Shown here one piece after another: positions 12,768 to 25,324 of a stretch of 64,000 nucleotides of DNA. The position numbers were made by a program, and so were the translations under genes. The stretch is from Azolla caroliniana (Eukaryota; Plantae; Polypodiophyta), in NCBI GenBank assembly GCA_043228905.1, contig JBHGNT010000007.1:12896001-12960000 (forward strand), read 5' to 3'. The first letter of the stretch is position 1, and the number at the start of each line of letters is the position of its first letter. The notes under the pieces are model-generated. The model made no database searches, was not told where the DNA came from, and saw only the letters and a list, made by a program, of their open reading frames with translations.

Positions 12768-14520
12768 TGAAGTACGGGTGTAGTGAGTAGTGGGCATAGT
12801 GTGTGTGTGAGGAGAGGGAGTTAAGGCCCCATCAATCTCTCCTGATCAAGGCAAATATTCCCCATTGAAAGAAGGGGATATTTGGCCTCTCTTTTTGTAA
12901 TGTGCCTCACCCCTTTCTACTATAAAAGGGAGTGAGGGGTCGCCATTTTGTCGTTTTGAGGTAGACCGTTAGGGTTTTAGTTATTCTTATCCCATTTCAT
13001 TTTAGGGTTTTGCTTCGAGGTTCCACTTTCTATCATTTCCTTTCTCTTGATTAGGGTTTACTTCTTGTTGTTCTTCTCACTATCCGGTTAGGGTTTCGTC
13101 TAGTTATGCTTGAGCCTGACATATATGGCCGTGGTTGTAAATCATCGCGGTCATTGGTAATGGAATTTGTTTGGTGAAACTTGTCTCGGTCTAGCTCTTT
13201 CTCTTATCAATCTTCGTGCCTTGTTCTTCCTCTTTTGTGCTTGAAAGCTTGTGAGGGTTAAGCTCCCACTTCCCCTCTTACTCCCAGTTCAAGACCCTAG
13301 TGGTCCTGCCCGTATTCAACATGCACGCGGAGATTACCCCGACATCTTGGTGAACCCGACATGAAGGGCGGCGAGGGAAAATAATGATGGAGGAAGAAAA
13401 TTTAGAGGAGATGATGTTTAGCATGATCATTAAGTTTTCGAGGGAAAAAGAAAGGCGAGATGCGGCTCAACAAGCCGCCGAGAGCGTGGTTAAGAAGGTC
13501 GACTATTTCAACGGGCACGAGATCCCAAAATTTTTAGAAGCCTACAATGCCAAGATGATGGCGAGGGAGATAGACGAAGTAACGAGGCTAGACTATTTTT
13601 GCCGGGTGGTGGCCATATCGATACACGATGAGGTCAAGGAGCTTCGAGAAGCTCATGAATCGTGGGAGTCCTTCGAGGAAACTCTATTGGAGGCATGCGG
13701 GTATGAGAGACCAAAGGGGCAAGGTCGGTGCGAGTTCGACCGATGGGTAGCATCGGTGAAGGCCCATCGGAGCGCAATGAAAGTGTTCCAAGAGTTCGAG
13801 CATCGTCTTGCTTAACTCTCAGATGGGATCAAAGATCAGTGGGGGCGGACAAGGTCCTACTATTTTTTAAGTCAGTCCATTGGGAGGAAAGGATGGACAT
13901 TCTACTTGAACTCAAGGATGATTATGGAGCACACGGCCTCACCGAGGATTGGACCGAAGTAGAGAGGATATGCCGACGACATGATGAGAAGTAGTCGGCC
14001 ACAACACGACCCGCAAGCAGAGGCGAAAAGATGGTGGCGAGTGACTACACACTACCACCGAAGGAGGAGAGCTCATCGTGGAATGGTTCAATGGAGATCG
14101 ACATAGAGGCATTGGTAAGGGGGGCATACGAGATCATGGAGACGAAGATCGATGCTGAAGGAGGGTCTATTATGGAGTCGGGCTCGAGAGGATCGGAGGA
14201 CAGGGAGGAAGACGCCTCCCTACGCACGGAGGACGGGGCCTATGTGGAGCCGAGGGATGGTACAATGGTGACATTGGAGAGGGCGTGGAGCAAGCCACCC
14301 TCTCGTCTTGTGGAAAAAGGACGGCCATGGATAAGGCCGGGAACTATGGAGCGACGAACACCACTCTAAGAGTGGATGATGTTTTGGGGCGCGGTTGCCC
14401 GAGACATCAAATGAGGAGGATGCAAGCATAATCGAGGCTTGCGTAATTGCGGACGAGATAGCCACGGAAAACGACATTCGAATGGAGGTGACTACGGACA
14501 TGACATCGACGAGCAATGGT
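12768..14520 (+). mobile_element. LTR element with tRNA-Trp PBS and a decayed gag-like ORF, no pol
   Basis: LTR about 12768-13344 (TATAAAAGGG at 12921); PBS TGGTGAACCCGAC at 13348-13360; frameshifted ORFs 13384-13815 and 13728-13994 homologous to 25680-26231. Confidence 0.75.
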
Positions 14521-17340
14521 GTTGGGACCCAATCAATAGATAAAGAAGACCTTTTATTATAAAACCAGGGATAACCCAATATTACATCAGTGGTACAAAG
14601 ATTCATTACATGAAAGTCTACTTCCTCTATATAAGTATCAATCGAAATTCCTAATGAATGAATCACCCCATTGATGTATTGTATTCTTCCATAAGCTAAG
14701 TGCACCTTATAGGTGTAATCACTTACGGTGGGTTTGATTCCCCATATCCAAACCAAACGATCATTCACAAAGTTATGTGAGCTTCCCGAATCAAATAAGA
14801 ATTGTATGGGAGATCCATTGATATACCCTTTTGCACGTAGTAAATCATTGGGTCCCAATACATAGTGAGGGAAAGAACATTTAAAATTACTTAAATGATG
14901 TGTATAGACCTCAAGGACATCATGAATCTAACCTTTATGGTCTGCAACTTTGCTTTTGTTGTCATGCTCATTCCGTTGGAGCTTTTGACATTGCTCTTTT
15001 GTATGACCCTTCTTTTTGCAGGATCTGCAAATAGGCTTTTGTGGCTTACAATCGCGATCCATGAATTTGTTGGGCGTCTTGCATTTCCCAATGTGTTGGT
15101 GCGTTCGATCGAATCAATACCTTAATTCTACCTTAAACGATTTCTTCCATTTCGGTGTGCATTCGGTCGGTGTTGGTGGCGCGGTTGGCTGTTTCGATCC
15201 ATTTCTTGGCGGTATGTCAAACCTCATCCTGAATCTCCCATTGCAATTGCTGGGCCTTACTTTGGGTGGTGACCTGCTAGACATTGACAGTAATTAGGTT
15301 TACGGCCGATGCTTTACCTAGATTGTTAGTCGGACATTGAGTGGCGTAGTGACTTGGTTGATTACAGTTGAAGCATGTTACTGTGGCTGAGTTGCTGGGC
15401 TATCCTTGCTTGAATTGAGGTTGTGTTGTGTGTCGTGGTTGATCTTCTCAAGCTGGTGGGGAATAGGATTGCGGAGGGTTTTCCCGAGGCTCGGATTGGG
15501 GAGGCTGTTGATTATCGGTGCATGAAGGGTCTTGACGACGGTTGTCAAAGGGTCGTCGATTATTCCCCGAAGGTCGGAAGCTGCGATTATGATGTGGGGG
15601 CCGTTAATCATGTCGTGGATACCGTGGTTCGTAATAGTCTTCTCGGTTGTAGTCATCTCGGTAATAGTGATCCTCCAGATAATAACACTCCTCACGATAA
15701 TAGCGTGGCCGATTATGATAGTACGGTGGCTCCGGTCGGTAGTGGTGATCCCGGTGATAACGATCTGGTTTAGGGTGGTAGCCATTGTTGCGGTGAAGCC
15801 GATCATCCTCCTAGGGCCGTTCAACGTCTCTATTCCGTGGTGGTGGTCGCTCATCCTATTGCGAACGATCGGGGCATGGCTCGATTTGATGTACCATAAC
15901 TGAGTTAGTACGGTTGAGCATGTTGTACTCATATTGCTCAACCGTACGTACTCTAGAATAACATATGGGACAATGTGGTCGTAGAGGGCAATCTATAGGC
16001 GAGTGACTGGACTTGGCACAAGTTGTGCATTGTAGTGCTTGCCAAATCTGGGTTTCCTCGGTTGTTGGCAAGGCAGTTTGGAGCGTGTCCATGGAGAATA
16101 CCATCGTGCAACCCCGTCTAGAGAAAGGATGAATTCCGCGATTTTGGAGGCATCAACCTCAACAACCGTGAGGCGCTGCATAGAATGGTTGGCTTGCCAC
16201 GTGGAGAGAAAGGAGCAGATATGGGATTCTGCACTGGGACCGTCCGTGTAGCGGGTATAGGGGTACAACATTGTGTCGAAATCTGGGTCTTCTGGTAGAG
16301 CCGAGAAGGGGTTGAACTCGGATTGTTGAGTGACTTCCGGAGGACTCGGAGGAGTGCCGAGATCGGGGCTGATATGTGATTGTGTATTAGGGATGATTGG
16401 TGATGAGTGCGATTCTGGGGGTTCTAGTGATGCATGCTGTGTGAGAGTGGAATCAGCGGTATCCTCGGTTGGCTCGATGCGGTGGGATGGGAGCCGAGAG
16501 CGGGTAAGATGGTTGGGCGCCGTAATGGCGGCTGGGACTTTCCACCAACGTTGCTCGCTATGATGCATAACGTGAATCAAGCGTCTCTTTCTCGGAAGCA
16601 ACACCTTCGATTACTCTTATGGTAATCGATTAGGGGACTATGGTACGCGGTGGAGGTCAGGGTGAGAGGGATTTCTCAGCAATCCGATTCGTATAGAGAA
16701 ACAATCAACGTACGTTAGCCGTAAAATAGGATCTTAATTCAAGATGTTATAGTTCAGAAAGGATCCCAAGACACAGAACAGATTGGACCCAAAACTAAAT
16801 ATATATTAGGTAATCTAGAACAGTAATACACGGCGCACAACCATAGTTACAAATAGAAAGCACAATCAGATATTCTACATGTCTTAATACTATATTCCAA
16901 TTCTAAATCGGTAGCTTCCCTTCCCTCTTCTGTCATCCTCTGTTTCGTTTCTGCTTCACGTTTTATAGTTTTCTTTCCCGCTTGGTGTGCTTCAATCTAT
17001 ACTCGTTTTCGGCTCCACGTTTCACGGATGCATTTTCCTCGCTACCTTCGCTGTTACATTTTCCTTTACCTACTCCACCTACATCCAGATTCATTTCATA
17101 CCCAAATTACCAATCTGTCCCACGGACAACAATATGAGATTGCCGAAGTTCGGAAATCTCATGCAAGGTAGAATTAAGGAAATTTTGTATTTGTAAAAAT
17201 ACGACTCAATGGGGATTGGCCCAGGAGGATTTCCTTGAATTCCTTCCACTTGGGCGGATGACATCGGGTCGTTATTATGAGCCATTGAATGATAATTTCT
17301 GGCATAGAAATAGGGTAAGGTCAGTCAAATAGTCATAACA
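14521..17340 (-). mobile_element. Degenerate Gypsy 5' half (LTR, gag, protease)
   Basis: LTR candidate 16745-17340 (TGTTAT...ATAACA); gag knuckles CTTCAKSSHSPIDC..CPICYSR and CFNCNQPSHYATQC; retropepsin FLFDSGSSHNFV..DVILGYPW at 14520-14858. Confidence 0.8.
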
Positions 17341-19058
17341 TCATGTCATGATGTAAACATATCATGCGCAAACATTAATCGATATCATGATCTCATGTCA
17401 ATACCCCTTTAGACATAAGAGATGAAGTTCAAGATCAGGTTACTATGGTAACACAAAGGAGTTTTAAAAACCATGGGGTTGATAAATGAATGTCTTTCCC
17501 TGATTTCTATATTGATTTTTTCATGGCGGCTCCCTAAGGCTCCACCATGTATGTTCGTGTCATGAATAGTTTATACATGAAAAAATGATAACAATAAACT
17601 ACGTCTCTGTGCCCACCCATGCGGTTTCGGCTCTTTAAGTCCTATTACGAGGACCCCGAAGTGCACTTAGACCTAAAGTCTAAACATGTTTTATAGTCAT
17701 GTGTATCAACATTGTTGTATGATCTTGGTCATATTTGAACTCGAAACCTCGAAAACAAATACATTAAACACTTGAGCTAACCAAATGGATTGCTCCTTTT
17801 GAATGTTTATGTTTATGCATATGAGAGATATGCGAAGGCATTTGCCCATATTTGTTTTTTAAATGAAAACATATGTGGCAAGAAACCTTATTTCCCCCTC
17901 GTTAACAAGAAAACTATGTTGGTACGTTACCCAACCTCAAGGCTAATCATTAAGATGGCATAGCCCAAAGTGCAACCTAATGGTCAAGCCACACGAGTCC
18001 TCTTTTTGTAGTAGGCCCACGTGGCCCATCACATGGTTACATCATTATGAATGCCTTTCGAAATGATGATCTCATGGTGGCATCATAAGCATGTAATGAG
18101 GGAGGGATGTTGGATGCGCGTGTCATAGTGGCGACCTCACTTGAAGTGGGTCAAGACATACGCTCTCAACATCATTGTGGCTATGATCATTTTGTTATAA
18201 CGCATAGTAAGATCGAAGTGACCAACGGGGATGACAACAAAAAAGATTGTTGAAAAAGGATGGTGATTACGCCATTCTCACAAAACTGTGAAGACGGCCA
18301 CAAAGATCCTTTCCTCGAAAAGGAAAACGTTTATCACATGTATATACAAAAACACGTAATAAAAACTAATATACAAATATTTATGTTTATCACATGTATA
18401 TGATTAAATACGTATACATGTGATTACATATCCATATATTTAAAAAAATCTTAACATCACATAGCCAACGAATGATGTAATTGAGATACATAATCAAGGC
18501 ATATAGCCTCTACGCATACGAAACATCCAAATTAAGGGTGAATGTAATTCGCAATTAAGGTATTGGCCTCTTACGCATACGACACAAATCACATATCATT
18601 TACATACAAATCGAGGTACTTACCTCATATGCATACGTAGCATATGTATGTGAACATCACACGCAATTGAGGTATTAACCTCATACGCATACGACACAAA
18701 TCACATATCAAATATATGTCAAATGAGGTATTCATCTCATACACATATGTATACATTTTATAGAACCAATTATTACCACTACAACGTCATTGAATCAATT
18801 AAAAAAATACATATTGACTATACATGATTAGATTGGGAGAAAGAATAGAAAAAAGAAAAGAAAGAGTTACCAAAGTTCCTTTGTTGATAGTTATCTGGGT
18901 CAAGCTCGATCATATATCAATCGGCCACCATCCAACAACAAAAAACAATCAACAAAAGAAACATTAGAAACATGGCTCGGATACCAATTGTTACAACTAG
19001 CTACTAATGTAAGCATATGATAAGGATTTAATCGATAAATACATAAGATAGGAGAGAG

Positions 19059-19090
<32 letters not shown>

Positions 19091-19400
19091 AAGGGTGCCG
19101 ATCCACCTGACCACCCCCGCGCGAAGGGATTGAGATGGACTCGAGCCTCGATCGACGTCCCATACCACCATTGTGGGATCGAGTCGTAGTTGGTGCTAGT
19201 GCGCTCGCTACAAGAGGTGACCCACCGCAATGACGGAGTCTCGACGTAGTCAATAATGTCCCAAATGAGGGTAGCTAGGCCTCATATTTATAGCCAGACC
19301 TAAGGCCCTCAGGAAAGTTCACACTTGGCCTAATGGGTTGTCCCAATCCCAAGGATTAAAGGTAATCCTTTCCTTCTTTACACTATTGTTTAACCCGCAC
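17341..19400 (-). mobile_element. 5' LTR, Met PBS and long non-coding leader of an LTR element (ends approximate)
   Basis: Minus-strand PBS TGGTATCCGAGCC at 18974-18986 next to an LTR edge TGTTACA at 18989; minus-strand TATAAATA near 19290; (AG)/(AGAT) repeats in the LTR; no ORF recognised. Confidence 0.6.
18490..18750. repeat. About five degenerate ~56-bp tandem units with a GAGGTAnnnACCTC hairpin
   Basis: Units aaggcatatagcctc, aaggtattggcctc, gaggtacttacctc, gaggtattaacctc and gaggtattcatctc, each followed by a tacgcatacg-like motif. Confidence 0.7.
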
Positions 19401-19539
19401 ACTTTATCCACGTGTATAGAATACTACGGTAAAACTTACCACGGGATATGGCCATGCCCGTAACCGAAGTACAAGGAAATGACAACACAGGATGTTGAAG
19501 GAAGAGCAACTACCGCAATTTTAGGCCACTACCTCTTCC

Positions 19540-20780
19540 AATTGTATTATATGTTCCACGATGGCGCACATTTATAACCAGCCCTATGAAGCGTTATTAG
19601 ATTCAGGAAGTACAATTTTATCAATTAGTTTAGAGTTAGTAAATCTATTGCACTTACCTACATCTAGTGCACCTCCTATTAATGTCATTTTTGGAGATAA
19701 ACAAATGTTTTATCAGTCATCAACACACACACACCACATTCATACTAGCACAACACACATTCGTACATTCATTCTATGTACTTCCAACACAACTTTTCTC
19801 TTTGACATTAAAATGTGATTGGTTTGTAAAGCATGGAGCTCAATTGCATTTTGACATGTGTAGAAAGATTAGTATTGCCTCATAAAAAACCATTCACCAC
19901 AATCCCCTTACTTAGTGCACCACATGTTAGTACATAGGTCATCCATACACAGATCCATGTCGAACCATCACAATCACGTCTAGTAGATCTCCGATATGTA
20001 GTCAAGTTGTTCCATCTATTTTCCGCAAAACTCAAAAAACAACACAAGTAAATCTACCTATTTAGCATGTCATTCCGACAACTGAAGCTCCTCCAGTTTG
20101 GATGGTGACACGTAGGAGATCCCCTCTTGACCACCAAAAGATTGCCACAACAGTACAAGATATGCTGGAAAAAGATATTATCGAGCCATTCAATAGTGAG
20201 TGGGTATTAGAACTCCATTTAGTTCGCAAAGAAGGTGAATCATTCCGATTTTGCATCAATTTCAAGCATTTAAATAAGGTGAGGAAGCATGACAGATACC
20301 CAGTTCGTAGGATTGCCAACTTACCTGACCAGTTAGGACACTCCAGATATTTCACGTCTTTGGACTTGGTTTCCAGATACTAACAGATTCCCCCATGCAA
20401 AGAAGACAAGTACAAGGCAACATTTCGAACACAACACATACTGTTCCTGTTTAAACGTATGCCATTTGGACTATCATATGTTGACAAAACATTCTAGAGC
20501 ATGGTGAACAATATTTTTCAGGATCTGATTTTTCAAGGTGTTGTTTTGATCTATCTAGATGACATATTGATTCACACAGATAACTGGCCAAAACACGTTT
20601 AGATATTACGTGAAGCCCTCTAGATTAAAAAATACAACCTACAATTGCAATTCAGGAAATGTAAGTGGGGTGCAATAACACTACGACTTTTAGGTTTCAT
20701 GATATCAGAACAAGGAATACAATTAGATCTAGTGAAGACATGTGCTATCGCAAAACATCGGAAGCCATCCAACGTCAAGT
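19540..20780 (+). pseudogene. Gypsy protease-RT remnant
   Basis: ALLDSGS near 19590; RFCINFKHLNK, YFTSLDLVSRY, RMPFGL, YLDDILI near 20552; many stops. Confidence 0.85.
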
Positions 20781-20860
20781 CCCTATATAGTTTCTAGCAT
20801 TAGTGATTTTTTCACTAAGGTTTGTTCCCCATTTAGTGTAAAAGTTAACATGTGGAAGCT

Positions 20861-20990
20861 TGTAGACACAACCGGCTTAGTTAGATAGCAACATAAATAG
20901 AATGAAGGTTTAATAAAAGCTCGAATCACAAACATAGAGAGTACGCAGGAGAGACAGAGAGAGCAGAACAATCAACAACACGTTCGTGTT
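20861..20990 (-). mobile_element. Copia LTR fragment of the same family as the LTR at 47380-47729
   Basis: Reverse complement shares TGTTCTGCTCTC..CTCCTGCGTA..TTAAACCTTCATTCTATTT with 47660-47727. Confidence 0.65.
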
Positions 20991-21344
20991 CACAAGTGGA
21001 AGGATCGCGCATAAATGGAAGGATAAAGAATATTTTGATTGATTTTAGTACTTTTTCAATGATTTTACAAAACACATTGATACCAGTATCATACATGTTC
21101 AAATATACTATGAAAAAGGTTAAAAATCTACTATTTTCGTGATTTAGAAAAAAGAAGAAGAAGAGGAATTTCAAAAAGTTACAGTCTCAATTTATATCAC
21201 AAACTTTACAACCAATGTTCTTTTATAAGAAACGATGTTTTAGAAATCATAAGAATTCAAAACGCATGCTTTTATATTACTCGATTTGTTACAAGCGGAA
21301 TGTAGTTACACTTAATAGCCAAAAATACATTCATGATCACTCCT

Positions 21345-24103
21345 TTACAGAGAATCACTACTATAACTAATATACAATGACGATTCCTCCTCGTCATCCT
21401 CGAATGTACCAATCAATGCATTATCTTCGTCATAAACCAAATGGTTTGACTCTAGATTATATGTAGGAGATCCTGTTTGCCTTCGACTGAAGCCACCTTG
21501 TAGACCTGGTAATTTTACTTTTATTATATCTATTGTTGACTTCCTTAATCGTCCGGTTTTTGTAAGCATGAAGTCGTACACGATGATATCCACATCAGAG
21601 ATATCAAGGGTCGAGGTGTTATGAATGTTTCGCTTCCTCTTCCTACCTCCCCTTGTCATTGGGCATTCAATCATCTCCAATGTATACTTACCCGTAAAAG
21701 CATTTGCACTTCTAGTGTTGTACCAATGAACGTTTATAGACTTGATCGTGTTTTCTATTTCATGCATTATCACTTCTAGAATTTTACCAACCCAAAATTG
21801 GTGGCCATGTGAGTTCTCATCAGCAGGCGTTGCAATTAACATCCCCGCCGTGAGCTCTTGCAAATTGCCTTGCCATCTAGCTTCGGCAGCTTAGGTCATC
21901 CTTGGTCCCACATCAATGTCTCTTTGTTTAATCACATTTGCTGGTTGCTCCGGAGTTTTATTTACACGATCATGTTGTAGCGACCATGTGAATGACGTTT
22001 CCAAATTCCAATTATCACCAAATATACAATTGTTTATAATTCCTTTCTGATCACTAAAAAATACATCCCACTATGACGTGTCTTGTTGTGCGGCATATTT
22101 CTTCACAACCTCAATATGCTTTCTTTTTTCTTCTAAGGCTTGGAGCCATAATTGTTTTTGTTCCGATACCAAGTCACTATGCAACTGTCCTTTCTTCTCA
22201 ATTGGCATTTGTTTAGCTCCATGGACAATTGTACTCAGCATACAAAGTAATAACTGGCAACCACCTTCAGGTTCCCATGTTGTAGAAGATGAATATTGTT
22301 TAGCATACAAAAGCGTAGAAGCACTTATTTCATTTTTCTTTATCATAAAAATGTGAAATTGAATCTTATATTGTTTAACCGGGCGAGCACTTTAACATTC
22401 CCAACACCCCCATCTAATATATATATATTAAAGTCATATACCTCCTTCAAGTGTAACACTTTTGGGCGTGGTGTATATGCATCACAAATGACATCAAATA
22501 GTTTTGGTAATGTGACATCATGCCGAGATAACTGTCTAGAGAATGTGCTAAACATCTGATCTATATGATCATGTGTGTGGCCAACCAAAAGAAAATGGAC
22601 TTTCACTTTTCTAAATAATCCTTGGTAGACCAACATACTTAGATAGCCAAACACAGTTGAATTTTTGTTCTCTCTAGCAGTATTGTCCAATTGAATTATA
22701 GAACAGGGGGGAACAGTTGGCCCCAAGACATCAAAACTCGGTGAATCATTGTAACTATTAGGTTAGGGACATTGTGAACATTGGGGCATGTAATGAAGAC
22801 GTGAGGTCCAACAAACCTATTATAAGCCAAGCATCCAACCAAGTGCATTTGAACAAGGCACTCATCATTGATGTCTTTGTGGAGCCTCCGCATATGCGGC
22901 AAACATGTCTTCTTCTGGTCCATGCCATCTATCATCAAGCACATGTATTGTTCGGGCCTCTTCAAACACTTCTCTCTATGATGCATTGCCTTCTTTCGTT
23001 CTAATGATTGTGCCTCACGATGCTCTTGTAGTAACTTCTTACTCATATCCTTTTCCATTGATGTCTTTGCACCTTTAGCCAAACTTTTAAGATTTGCTCA
23101 AATGGAGCAATACCCCATGCGTACTTTATACGGAATGATAACATTTGAAAACCGAGCTCTCCATAATCTTGTGAATTGGCTATATGTGACAGATTTATTA
23201 CTTGAGCCCACCATATCTAATCGATAGACATCATAAACTTCCCGATGTGTGTAATTATCAGAGAGGTGCATCCTACCTATAGTGGGCATTACTTCACAAT
23301 TTAACTGAAAGCAACTTTTCATCCAACCAATAGTATGCCTTCCAATTGCACCTTCATACTTGGAACCTCTTTACAATTGAGCATCTAATCCCCACTAAGT
23401 AGACGTTGTTGTACTCTATGTAGCCGCATGTTATTAACACATAACGCAATTTTGAAGGCAACTCTACAGATATGTTGCGTATGGAAGATATAATACTCAA
23501 ATGATACTTTGATACCCGTACATTTGTCAGACACTAGTTGCATATGTGACCCGAGGTAACTGTCTTGCTCATCACCAGTCATCAAAAAATAGTATCGTCT
23601 TAATTCTCGCAACTTGATTTTCCAATCATAGAACCACGAGCACAACATATTTTGTTGACATCAAATCCAATCTGCTTATCTGATGTCACCAAGTTAAATC
23701 TTGCCAAATGAATTCTACGTGGGTTTTTTCTAATATGCATAGGGCTTCCAAATTTCTCTTCCTATATAGAAGTTGGGGTAACCTTGTTACAATCGAATTC
23801 TTTGTTGTCACCATCGCCCTTGGTATTCGATGTTTCATTGACACTACCTTCATTCTCCGTATCTTTATTAATATCGTATTCTTCAATAGAGAACTCTTCA
23901 CATGTGTCATTATTCACATGTGTTTTAGGTGAAGATGAGCTTAGACAATACTCTTTGATAGATATGGGCGAGTCTGTCGTCAACAGGCAATATTCTTCGA
24001 TAGAAAATGGTGAGTTTGTCGACAGACAATATTTTTCGGTAGAAAACGAAGAGTTTGGTGAAAAACAATATTCTTCAATCGTGAATGGTGAGTCTTCACT
24101 CAT
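21345..24103 (-). pseudogene. Decayed DNA transposase, DDD-type Sola1/DUF7869-like
   Basis: Collinear frameshifted ORFs with CRVAF (23385), YSQFTRLWRARFSNV..MGYCSI, LMIDGMDQKK, IQLDNTARENKN, FLLVGHTHDHIDQMFS and a C-terminal FWVGKI..VHWY domain. Superfamily is assigned from motif recall. Confidence 0.75.
23935..24095 (-). repeat. Four ~39-bp in-frame repeats (SPFSIEEYCLST-like) at the transposase N-terminus
   Basis: ORF 23762-24103 translation. Confidence 0.75.
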
Positions 24104-24431
24104 GGCTTAAGGTCCACACATAACTCTTCAAGTTATGTGCTTAGGAAAATATAAAAAATGATAAGGTCCTCTCTAAACATAAACTCCATCAATATAATGT
24201 CTATATTATTTAATATTATAATAATATAATAAAGAAAGATATTATTTTTAATATAATAAATTTATTCAACATATTAATAATTACTTAAACTAGTCAGTAT
24301 AAAGTCCATCAATTATATTATATACCTTATTAATCCTATAATATATAATTTAAATTAAATTTACTTTAGCCATCAAGTATAATATATTTACAATCATTAC
24401 CAAGCCCTATATATATTTTTGTTTAAAGTTA

Positions 24432-24760
24432 AAATCATTGGTTAATTAATGGCACCCATATTTAATATAGAACTTCTCAATCATTGGTTCATTCATGCCC
24501 ATTATTTTAAATATAAGCATTTTCAATCATTGGTTCATTCATGGCCACATCTTTAATACAAAACATTAGAGAGTCATAAAAATGTTGCTTTGAGAATTCA
24601 ATCATTGGTTCATTCATGAACCTCTATGATTGTTTTATTTATGACCTTCAAAGGCAATCAAAAATATAAAATAATCATTAATATATTAGTTTGAGTATTT
24701 AATCATTGATTCATTCATAAGCATGATTTAATTAAAATCCATCAGAGAGTCATTGGTATA
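24432..24760. repeat. Six AATCATTGGTTCATTCATG-like motifs (CCAAT on the minus strand) in the intergenic region
   Basis: Copies near 24434, 24479, 24526, 24600, 24701 and 24749. Confidence 0.75.
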
Positions 24761-24874
24761 ATCAAGATTATGTATTAAATAAAGTGTACTAAGGTCTAAG
24801 AAAAAAGTGTCCTAAGGTCAAAGGAACTCTCTCTTAGGTCTAACTAACTAACCTTAAGCACAATGGTCAATCCC

Positions 24875-25056
24875 TATAAATAGGAAGACCCCCTCATTTC
24901 CCAATCACTCACGCGTAGAACAAAGCACATGAGCACATAGAGTAGATAGAGCACACAGAGCCCAGAGCACGCAACACCAAATCATCGTCTCTCCGTTAGC
25001 ATCAACGACAAGAATCATGTCTTCTAAGAAGCGCGAGTGCCAAGATTCTAGGTAAG
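24875..25056 (+). promoter_or_regulatory. Putative Pol II promoter and first exon (MSSKKRECQDS) divergent from the transposase
   Basis: TATAAATA at 24875-24882, ATG at 25017, strong donor AG|GTAAGC at 25051/25052; no downstream exons found. Confidence 0.45.
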
Positions 25057-25100
25057 CGCCTGGTTGTACGGACCTTTTTTGTAAATATGTTTTTAGCACT

Positions 25101-25324
25101 CAAGAACTTGATACAGGGTATCGAGTTCGTGTATAAAACACTCTTATTAAACAGGAACTCGATACGGCGTATCGAGTTACTGTATGAAACCCCCACTTTA
25201 AACAAGAACTCTATATGACGTATCGAGTTCTTGTTTAAATTCCCCACTTTATACAGGAACTTGATATTCCGATTCGAGTTCCTATTTAATAAGAGGGTTT
25301 TATATAGGAACTCGATACGGCGTA
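25101..25324. repeat. Array of five palindromic units GAACTCGATACnnnGTATCGAGTTC at ~51-bp period
   Basis: Directly visible; the fifth unit is cut by the element starting at 25325. Confidence 0.85.

Noticed and set aside
12755-12770. PPT before the Trp-element LTR implying a tandem element
   Set aside because: AAGGGGGAG is present, but no internal-domain sequence was recognised upstream and the LTR start is uncertain.
15378-16625. Hydrophobic or overlapping ORFs on both strands
   Set aside because: Shadow frames of the decayed minus-strand gag.
25101-25324. CRISPR array
   Set aside because: Spacers are related to each other, repeats are degenerate, there are no cas genes and the context is eukaryotic.
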